From contig CAYJMP010000001.1 of assembly GCA_964371625.1 (NCBI GenBank), forward strand, positions 1,492,601-1,556,600: a stretch of 64,000 nucleotides of DNA. The letters run 5' to 3'. Both the position numbers and the translations under genes were made by a program. Numbering within the stretch: position 1 is the stretch's first letter; each line of letters starts with the position of its first letter. Shown in pieces: positions 57,501 through 64,000 of the stretch. This stretch comes from an uncultured Ignavibacteria bacterium (GTDB lineage Bacteria; Zixibacteria; MSB-5A5; WJJR01). The notes beneath the pieces were generated by a model. The model was not told the origin of the DNA and made no database searches. It saw nothing but the letters and a program-made list of their open reading frames with translations.

Positions 57501-57936
57501 TCGACGGGATGTACTTAAACGACATCCAGGTGAAGTGAAGACGCGAACCAGCCGGTGTGCGGGCAACGTTGTAACCCTGCGAATCGTTGGCCTGATAGTC
57601 GTAGCTGGTGAAGCCGATGTCCTGCCCCGGCGACGGCGGGGGCGGAACAGCGCCGACCGCAGCGAATGCCTCGCGCGACGGCATGCTCTCGTTGATAATC
57701 GAGCTGTTGAAATCGTGACTCACCGGGCCGCGGCCGGCATCCATGATGCGAGTCTGCAACCACTGGCGGTTCACTTCGTTCCGGTACTGCTCGGTCTGCC
57801 GATGTCGGTCGACCCGACGCTGAATTTTGCGCTTGGCGATGGCATCGGGGGTGTTGGCCGCGTTGACCACCACGGTGCTTGCTGCCGCCGCGACGACCAA
57901 GAGGGCCACCCCAATTTTCACAATCTTCCCCGTCAT
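54514..57936 (-). CDS. Large (1140 aa) secreted protein of unknown function with C-terminal Cys-containing dockerin-like module
   Basis: Signal/anchor MTGKIVKIGVALLVVAAAASTVVVNAA. A long Gly/Thr/Asn-rich beta-type body. C-terminus: CAICPCRYDPACDGSATVLDVTHVVGGAFRNVIVDP...SRDVDASGAIDVLDVTKMVGVAFRNVAITANNSFVDPCVKWKP, the same module as in the 28117 and 41271 proteins. Confidence 0.6.
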   Translation of the reverse strand: MTGKIVKIGVALLVVAAAASTVVVNAANTPDAIAKRKIQRRVDRHRQTEQYRNEVNRQWLQTRIMDAGRGPVSHDFNSSIINESMPSREAFAAVGAVPPPPSPGQDIGFTSYDYQANDSQGYNVARTPAGSRLHFTWMSFKYIPSTGENSDRYVLYSGYDDPGAYPSMTIGTGYNGIEITGATNRGGYCGIDVDNLNHAQIALHQAENDYTLEPYEPWHAQLPFGDDTYQIYGLTGQDNSCAGTGGGTGGVLWPRLTADRSNAILHEIAHTNTNDCPTHKLWYWRFDGVSVWSGPAFVGTTGDISYVLGADATSNKVAIVTHETEGGYSNVGYIESLTNGTDWLALVPNVDPVPTPTMVTNYGLPDMFTSWVHLTTTYDNSGNLHIMWDEQENANSEHIAIKHWSNNVPTIRTVALGYWDRPVSTGVFNLNLTKLTMGIGDGSTTCGGGSNNNYVYVTYTQFGGNTPAQLADYSSEYSFEGRNGGYMNGEIYLAISNTGGNTWSPPVNLTNTKTPGCQPGLADIGTGLPANPDSVCRSEHWSTIGRVVKDIDLFFVSDMDAGGIPQGEGSWQLNPVHYLQLSGSGIAPAGVCPLIAPVFEATLGTDPLCEYNAPRAGATTAPLSILNLGNATLNQGGGAGIALTDFTGLPTLSITGHALGAYSIPAGDPDIDMTVNMASNNAAEGLYMGQISISHNAATTENPSPRVYPVEFFVFDIFFCPQAEILKTGVASPGSLALDVQSSGRFGSQEDEGGLWRNSDSSSSFFDASLLMAHGTQGPTDTTVFLRFFDRLSNGQNGFRSQSSLWVDTLGYVGAQPYATAGAYMSTRDSIMGVNVSWYFPQDISADEVVIVNYLVFPGPEATLPVSGVTTGMLADLDMIPAQRNPIDTMQSGATNHGLGDATRNLAYVRGVNRVGTTPTPQNTAERFRAGIAVPSASDFNGAYVGNNIDNQTAGGPSDGHLYQLLQTVSGVEVGEVADTDLYVMVGFDNGQTFQTVAGTYRTTTVRSHYAILVSDTLDDVAFKAKVDAAAALVNGGAFSGCAICPCRYDPACDGSATVLDVTHVVGGAFRNVIVDPAIDPSGTASDKPAQAGCNFDSRDVDASGAIDVLDVTKMVGVAFRNVAITANNSFVDPCVKWKP

Positions 57937-58540
57937 GCGTGTCTCCTTAAAGAACTTGCTTGAAACGTTGTCGTCCCGCTTGCGCGAAACGCCGTTTACT
58001 CTTCCCCGTCTCCACCGCGCCGCTGGGAGCTAACACAGATGGAGCGGAGATGCTTTTCTGAGTGCGTCCGTCCCGAAACTATTGTGTGAGTACCACCTCC
58101 CCGGAACCTCAAGCGCAATGCTTGACGGCCGTTGTTTTCGTTCAACTGGTTAACGTCTTGGCAGATTTTGTAGGCATAAGATCTTCCGTATGCCAGTCGA
58201 TGTCATCACGTTGTCAATCGCGGACACTATGGCCCGTCGGGTTGTCGCTTGTGCCAACTCGGCACGCGCCCGGGGAGAGGACCCGGACTGAAGGGGCAAG
58301 TAAGAGAAAGTAATACGGTTAAGTGCCTACCGCGAAGGTCCTACCAGTCTTTGCTATAATCCGCAACTGCGCGAAGCCACCAAACCCGAATAACACTATA
58401 AAGTGAAGTCAACCTTTGTCAAGCCGATTTTGATTTTTCGCAGTCAAAAGCCAACGCAGATTCTGCGCCGACGGTTCGGCTGCCACAAACAGGTAACGCT
58501 ACGCCGCGTATTCAAAAAGCACGTATATTCGATGGAAACC

Positions 58541-58898
58541 GGGGGCGACTGGATTCGACGGAGTCGCTGATGGGAGGTTTGCCCGCCGAGGTCCCCAAGA
58601 TCCTCGCTAAACCGTTGGGAAACAAAACAAACGCCTACGATAACTCGTACGCGCTGGCTGCCTAACTTAGCTTAGGCGCCCCATAGGCCCGAAGCCCGCC
58701 CTCGGCGTTGGGTCTCTTGGCCGAAAATGAGGGATAGCGCCCGACCGCTCCCGCCGGCCCGACGCGAAACTAAAGACGGGATAGCGCCACCGTAGCCTGT
58801 CGCTCGGCGCCGGTCGCGCGAATAAAAACGACCGACTATGCGGGTAGACGGCCTCTTGTAGGCACTTTCGGACGGGGGTTCGATTCCCCCCGCCTCCA
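58541..58898 (+). ncRNA. ssrA: tmRNA (SsrA)
   Basis: 5' GGGGGCGACTGGATTCGACGG. 3' GGACGGGGGTTCGATTCCCCCCGCCTCCA forms a T-arm plus a 7-bp acceptor stem with a G3-U70 pair (alanine identity). The internal tag reading frame GGA AAC AAA ACA AAC GCC TAC GAT AAC TCG TAC GCG CTG GCT GCC TAA gives (G)NKTNAYDNSYALAA*. ORFs called inside it are spurious. Confidence 0.85.
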
Positions 58899-58913
58899 TT
58901 CTGCTTCGCGAGC

Positions 58914-58931
58914 TTGCGCTGGCGCGCAAGT
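58914..58931 (+). terminator. Hairpin CTTGCGC-TGG-GCGCAAG just 3' of tmRNA, nested in a longer inverted repeat (TTCTGCTTCGC ... GCGAAGCAGAA)
   Basis: Perfect 7-bp stem; no T-tract, so it may be a processing/termination structure or a recombination site rather than a canonical terminator. Confidence 0.3.
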
Positions 58932-59005
58932 TCGCTACGCAGAACAAGTTCTGCATTACGTCGAGTCACATCTCAGAAAGAGCGAAGCAGAATGCCCTTC
59001 GAAGC

Positions 59006-59050
59006 TAATCCGCCGCAGGCGGATTCAGCGAAGTAGGGCCGGTGACGCCC
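59006..59050. repeat. Left copy of an about 45-bp direct repeat flanking the GIY-YIG minigene
   Basis: GCTAATCCGCCGCAGGCGGATTCAGCGAAGTAGGGCCGGTGAC against the right copy GCTAATGCGCCTTTGGCGCATTCAGCGAAGCAGGGTGACATT; each contains a short hairpin. Confidence 0.4.
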
Positions 59051-59095
59051 ACAAAGTGACACCTCACACACCCGCTCTTTCAAATATTCGATCGC

Positions 59096-59338
59096 ATGAA
59101 GTACGTGTATCTCCTCCGCAGTCTCTCCAACCCTCGTCAGACATATGTGGGACTGACCGACGACCTAAAACGCCGACTCGAAGAACACAACAACGGCAAA
59201 TCCCCACACACCTCGAAACACCAACCCTGGGAAATCGAAGTCGCTATCCGTTTCAACGATGACATGAAAGCCGCTCTCTTCGAGCGCTACCTCAAATCCG
59301 GCTCCGGCGACGCCTTTGCAAAACGGCACCTGTGGTGA
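59096..59338 (+). CDS. GIY-YIG nuclease-domain small protein
   Basis: MKYVYLLRSLSNPRQTYVGLTDDLKRRLEEHNNGKS... is a canonical GIY-YIG motif; 80 aa. Confidence 0.75.
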   Translation: MKYVYLLRSLSNPRQTYVGLTDDLKRRLEEHNNGKSPHTSKHQPWEIEVAIRFNDDMKAALFERYLKSGSGDAFAKRHLW

Positions 59339-59357
59339 TAGAGGGCCCGCCCTGCGT

Positions 59358-59401
59358 AGCTAATGCGCCTTTGGCGCATTCAGCGAAGCAGGGTGACATT
59401 A
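59358..59401. repeat. Right copy of the direct repeat flanking the GIY-YIG minigene
   Basis: See the left copy at 59006..59050. Confidence 0.4.
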
Positions 59402-59505
59402 TTTTCAGGTCGCTCGCTTTTCTTCTCAATCCTCAGACATGAACCCCTCATAATTCAGCCTCATCGGTAGTACCGCATCTTCACGAAGAAAGGGCGGATG
59501 ACATC

Positions 59506-61113
59506 ATGAGGCAGTTACTGGCGTCGTGCTCCTGCGTGGCGATTATCACTTTGGCGATGTGCGATCAGGTGGATTCCTGCACAAGCATGCTCGTCACCAA
59601 GGGAGCGTCTCGGGACAGTTCGGTCATGATTACCTACACCTGCGACGGCGAATTCCATCCGCAGCTCAGGTACTCTCCGCCGGCTGACCACAGGACAGGT
59701 GACTCCTTGGCTATCAGCGAGTGGGGTGGCCAAGTGCGTGGCTGGATCAAGCAGGTTCCGCACACCTACGGCGTTGTCGGCGAGATGAACGAACATCAGG
59801 TTGCCATCGGTGAGACAACTTTTGATGGCCGAATGGAGTTGGCGGATACGACCGGGCTGCTCGAGTATTGGGACCTGATGCAGCTGGCGCTTCAGCGCGC
59901 CCGAACCGCCCGCGAAGCCATATCGGTCATGACCGAACTGGCCGCCCAATACGGATACCGATCCACCGGAGAGTCTTTCTCCATAGGCGATCCTTCGGAG
60001 GCCTGGATTATGGAGATGATTGGTCGCGGCCCCGACGGATCAGGGGCGGAATGGGTCGCGGTGAAAATCCCCGATGGTTACATCTCCTGCCATGCCAACA
60101 AAGCGCGCATCGGTGAATTCCCACTGAACGATCCCGAGAACTGCCGCTACTCCGCGAACGTCATCTCGTTCGCGGTGGCCAAGGGATACTATGAACCCAA
60201 CTCCGGAAAGCCGTTTCGTTTCTGCGACGCCTATTGCCCGCCATTACCGAAGGATTATCGGTTTGGTGACACTCGAGTCTGGAGCATCTTCCGGCGTGCC
60301 GCCCCATCGCAGGAATTCTCGACGGATTATCACCGTGCCGTGCCCGGCGCAGAACCCTACCCGCTGTGGATAAAGCCAGACGAGAGACTATCCGTACAGG
60401 ATGTCTTCGGGCTCATGAGGGATCATTACGAAGGGACCCCTTTCGATATGACAAAAGGGATAGATGCCGGCCCCTTCGGTTCACCCGATCGCTGCCGTCC
60501 CCTGACATGGACAGTTGATAGTGTGGATTACGCCTGGGAGCGATCCATATCGACGCCACAGACCGCTTACTCCTTCGTCTCACAATCGCGCGCATCGCTT
60601 CCGGATCCTGTTGGCGGTGTCTACTGGTACGGCCTGGACAACACCTACACCTGCTGCTATGTCCCGCTGTATTGTGGCATTGATGCCGTGCCTCAATCCT
60701 ACACTGTTGGCGCGCTATCGCGATTCTCGTGGGAGTCGGCCTGGTGGGTTTTCAACTTCGTCTCCAATTATGCCAATCTCAAGTACTCGCACATGTTGCC
60801 GGAAATTCAGGCAGTACAGGCCAAGTTGGAGGGGAACTGCTTTGAGCTTCAGCCGGTGATGGAGAAAACCGCCGTCGAGCTCGGCAAGAGCGATCCGGCC
60901 CTGATGACTCGGTATCTGACTGACTACTCAGTGTCTCATGCGGAGATGGTCGTGGCGCAATGGAAAGACCTTGGAGAACATCTCATTACCAAGTACAACG
61001 ATGGATTCGTCAAAAACGACAAGGGAAGCCCTGAAGAAAAAGGATATCCAGAGGGCTGGCAGAGAGAAGTGCTGAAATCGCGGCCGGATCAATTTCGTTT
61101 GCAGCCGAAATGA
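59506..61113 (+). CDS. C69-family dipeptidase (Ntn-hydrolase, secreted)
   Basis: The signal peptide is followed by the nucleophile Cys in CTSMLVTKGASRDSSVMITYTCD, which matches the C69 N-terminal signature. Confidence 0.75.
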   Translation: MRQLLASCSCVAIITLAMCDQVDSCTSMLVTKGASRDSSVMITYTCDGEFHPQLRYSPPADHRTGDSLAISEWGGQVRGWIKQVPHTYGVVGEMNEHQVAIGETTFDGRMELADTTGLLEYWDLMQLALQRARTAREAISVMTELAAQYGYRSTGESFSIGDPSEAWIMEMIGRGPDGSGAEWVAVKIPDGYISCHANKARIGEFPLNDPENCRYSANVISFAVAKGYYEPNSGKPFRFCDAYCPPLPKDYRFGDTRVWSIFRRAAPSQEFSTDYHRAVPGAEPYPLWIKPDERLSVQDVFGLMRDHYEGTPFDMTKGIDAGPFGSPDRCRPLTWTVDSVDYAWERSISTPQTAYSFVSQSRASLPDPVGGVYWYGLDNTYTCCYVPLYCGIDAVPQSYTVGALSRFSWESAWWVFNFVSNYANLKYSHMLPEIQAVQAKLEGNCFELQPVMEKTAVELGKSDPALMTRYLTDYSVSHAEMVVAQWKDLGEHLITKYNDGFVKNDKGSPEEKGYPEGWQREVLKSRPDQFRLQPK

Positions 61114-61140
61114 GCAATGGTGTCGCAATCGAACCGGCCA

Positions 61141-63448
61141 CTATCGACGTTTCAATGCCTCATCAAGAAAGTCTATCATCAGATGATGAACGTGCTTTTG
61201 CATCGCCGGAGTTGACAGGCCATGCTTGCCGCCCGGGTAGGTCATCAGGCGGAACTGTGTCCCCTGCTTTTGAAGTGCGTCCATCAACTCGGTTGAGTTC
61301 ACAAAGAGCACGTTGTCATCAGCCATACCGTGAATCAAAAGCAGTGGTGATGTGAGGCCGGCCAACGCGCTGAACACCGCGCTCGAATCGTATCCGACAG
61401 CATTCTCTTGCGGCGTACCGAGGTAGTGTTCCGTGTAATGTGTGTCATACTCGCGCCAATCGGTCACCGGCGCTCCTGCAACCCCGGCAGCGATTTCGGC
61501 ACCACCTTTGGCAAGCAGCATCACTGCCATGTATCCGCCGTAGCTCCAGCCGTTCACGGCGATCCGCGACCGATCGACAAACGGTTGCTCCTTCAGCCAC
61601 CGGATTCCCACGAGCTGGTCGCGCACTTCGACCTCACCCAGCCGATGGTAGATCGCGTCGGCGAATCTGCGACCTCGTCGCGCCGTGCCACGGTTGTCGA
61701 GCTCGAAGACAATGTACCCCTGTTGCGCCAAATACTGGGTGAACGGATCACTCCAGCCTCTCGAGACTGTTTGGCTGCCGGGCCCGCCGTAGACGCTGAC
61801 AATCACCGGGTATCGTTTGGCCGGATCAAAGTGCGGCGGCTTGCATAAACCGTAGGCGAGCAATTGGCCGTCCTCTGCAGGAATGAATCCGTATTCCTGG
61901 GTCACATGTAAGCCGGCGTGCCGCCAGTATGGGTGATCTTGATTGAGGCGGTTTTCTTCGATCCATGCCAGGAAACGGCCATCCGGTCCGCGCACGCTGG
62001 TCTGCGGCGGCGTAGAGGGATTGGAGAAACGGTCGACATAGAGCGAAACGGTGTCGGCTTCATCGGGGAACGTGGCATCATGCCAGCCCGCGCCGGCACT
62101 GATCCTCACCGGTTCCCCCGGCACCCCATCGATTCTAACAGTGTACACTTGCTTATCGATGATCGTGTCGCGATTGGAGGAGAAGTACACGAGCCCCAGC
62201 GATTCATCAATATCCAGCAACTCATCGACATTCCAATCGCCCGCCGTCAACGGACGCAGAAGATTACCATCCACACCGTAGAGATACAGATGGTTATAAG
62301 AGCTGCGTTCTGATGACCAGACGAGCGCGGGCCGATTCTTAAGGAAGTGCAGGTCATCGGTGACATTGACCCAGGTGCTCGATGTCTCCGTTAAGATGAT
62401 TCGTTGCGCGAGCGTTGCGGCATCGACACTCATCAATTCGAGGCGTTTCTGATCGCGACTCTGACGTTGATAGCTCAATGTCTTGCCATCGGGTAGCCAC
62501 TTCACGCGTGCCAGATAGATGTCGGTGTCGGAGCCCAAATCAATCCAGCGGACCGGGCTCGCTGACGGGCTGACCAGCCCCAACCGGACAACGACGTTGG
62601 GGTCCCCGGCCTTGGGATAGCGCTGTTCGACCATTGCCGTGCTGTCGGCATAGATTTCGAAGCGCTTGATGATCGGAACGGGTGACTCATCGAATTGCTT
62701 GAAGGCGATTTGGCTGTCATCCGGCGCCCACCAGTAGCCGTGATATTGTCCCAACTCTTCCTGTGCGATGAACTCCGCCTCGGCGTTATGGATGTTCCCG
62801 CCGCCATCGAAGGTGAGCTGGCGTTCCTGACCACTGTCCAATTCGATGACGTATAGATTCTGGTCGCGCACGAATGATACGTAACGCCCCTTGGGGGAGA
62901 TCTTTGGGTCCAGGATCCCGGCGCTGGCCAGGAGTCGGCGGGTCTTCGTCGCGGCACGATCGTCGACTTCACAGAGGTACAGTGTGTCGCCCAACGGGAA
63001 AAGCAGCATCTGACCATCCGGCGACCATTGATAACTCAGGATGCCACGAAAGGATGCGGTGCGGGCACGTTCACGACGGGCCTTCTCGACATCGGGCAAT
63101 TGCTCCTTCGGGAGCAGCACCTTTGAATCCACAAGCAAATGTGACTCGTGGTCCTTGGCGTCATACGCCCACAGGTCGAGCTGATACTGATCGTCCTTGC
63201 GTCCGCGTAGATACCCCACGCGTTTTCCGTCGGGAGAAATCTTCACGCCCCGTGGAGTAACTCCGGAAAGCGAAGTGTCGCCGAAGACCCCCTCGATCGT
63301 TAGTGGCGCCGTTCCGGCCAGGTCCAGCGCCCCGGGGACATCAGAGGCATCCGCTTGGACTGAAATTTGTGCGCCTGAATCGTCGATTTGGGCCAAACTC
63401 AGCGCCAAAACGAAGATGCCGTAACGAAGTACAGAGAATTCTACGGTC
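61141..63448 (-). CDS. S9-family serine peptidase, dipeptidyl-peptidase IV-like (beta-propeller plus alpha/beta-hydrolase)
   Basis: Nucleophile motif GWSYGGYM, then Asp (GMADDNV) and His (GGKHGL) in the canonical order. N-terminal DPP-IV-type propeller. The start is proposed at GTG (63448), preceded by GGAGG with a 6-nt spacer and giving the signal peptide VTVEFSVLRYGIFVLALSLAQ; the ORF extends to 63534. Confidence 0.75.
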
Positions 63449-63665
63449 ACGATGAGCCTCCGCGAATGGTCGGGTGTGTCACATATTGAGACAGCGCCAC
63501 CTGACTTAGGCAAGTAACAAATCCCTCTTGGCAAAGTAGTGATTGATGCCGCAAAAAAGGATATCGACTGGGAGGTTTTGACAGCACCGAAAACTGAGCG
63601 CTTCCCCTGAAAGTGCTTTCCACGCTATCCTCTGCTTGGTGTGACCCCTCGGAGGAGACATTCGG

Positions 63666-64000
63666 ATTGCAGAACCACTCATCGATTGACTACCAGGAAC
63701 TCGGCCTGCGGGCCGGACTGGAAGTCCACCAACAACTCTTGACAGACACCAAGATGTTCTGTCATTGCCCCGCCGGTCACTACACTGAGACCCATGACGG
63801 CGAAGTGCTCCGTCACATGCGCCCGACCCTCTCGGAACTCGGCGAGTATGACGGGACGGCGCTGATGGAGTTTCGGACCAAGAAGAACATCATTTACCTG
63901 CTTCATAAAGAAAACGTCTGCACCTACGAAATGGACGACACGCCTCCTTTCCTTGTCAATCAGCAGGCCATCGACATCGCGATAGAGCAGTGCCTCATGC
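63666..64000 (+). CDS. Glu-tRNA(Gln) amidotransferase subunit E-like protein (GatE/GatB family, archaeal-type GatE-like N-terminus), 3'-truncated
   Basis: SSIDYQELGLRAGLEVHQQLLTDTKMFCHCP...RHMRPTLSELGEYD...CTYEMDDTPP resembles the GatE N-terminus (DY.ELGLK.GLEIHQQL...LFC.CP; RYLRPT.SELGE; C..E.DEEPP) more than bacterial GatB, which has IGLEVH...C..C...PN...CPVCLG. The TTG start is preceded by GGAGGAGA. Confidence 0.45.

Noticed and set aside
58350-58360. TGCTATAAT extended -10-like box upstream of tmRNA
   Set aside because: It is about 180 nt from the mature 5' end with no convincing -35 box. It is plausible as a precursor promoter but too weak to call as a feature.
58667-58969. Two overlapping ~100-aa minus-strand ORFs
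   Set aside because: They lie within the tmRNA gene (58541..58898), whose 5' and 3' ends, acceptor stem and tag ORF are all recognisable. The ORFs are spurious.

Overview
High-GC (about 60%) bacterial chromosomal window, densely coded on both strands. Two proteins end in a type IX secretion (Por_Secre_tail) C-terminal domain, which suggests an FCB-like or candidate-phylum lineage; I cannot assign taxonomy from sequence alone. The main finding is a six-gene minus-strand cluster (646..10771) with the layout of a porin-cytochrome extracellular electron transfer (EET) conduit. It holds an outer-membrane beta-barrel, a 13-heme periplasmic cytochrome, a multiheme lipoprotein, a membrane-anchored 6-heme cytochrome, and two very large multiheme-c/cytochrome-b fusions of 19 and 11 hemes; I count about 55 CXXCH sites in total. 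A second redox module (17065..21134) holds an OM beta-barrel, an ApbE flavin transferase, an FMN-binding protein and a 4-TM membrane protein. This module is tightly translationally coupled, sits downstream of a DtxR/MntR-family repressor gene, and carries two TTAGG-N4-CCTAA palindromes. Other notable items: a DUF1573 gene interrupted by an in-frame TGA at a conserved Cys position with a downstream hairpin (selenocysteine candidate or pseudogene); a REP-associated tyrosine transposase flanked by nested palindromic REP/REPIN-like repeats; a second palindromic repeat family around a DUF559 endonuclease gene; a tmRNA gene next to a GIY-YIG minigene flanked by direct repeats; a cyclic-nucleotide signalling pair (cNMP-binding histidine kinase plus a tandem class III cyclase-TPR protein); a queE-queC-queD-queF operon; a PP2C/FHA/PEGA Ser/Thr signalling group; three large secreted proteins sharing a Cys-containing dockerin-like C-terminal module; a giant HYR-repeat T9SS cargo protein; and a 3'-truncated gene with archaeal-type GatE-like N-terminus. 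All coordinates and products are inferred by eye from the six-frame translations and motifs; no database search was run.
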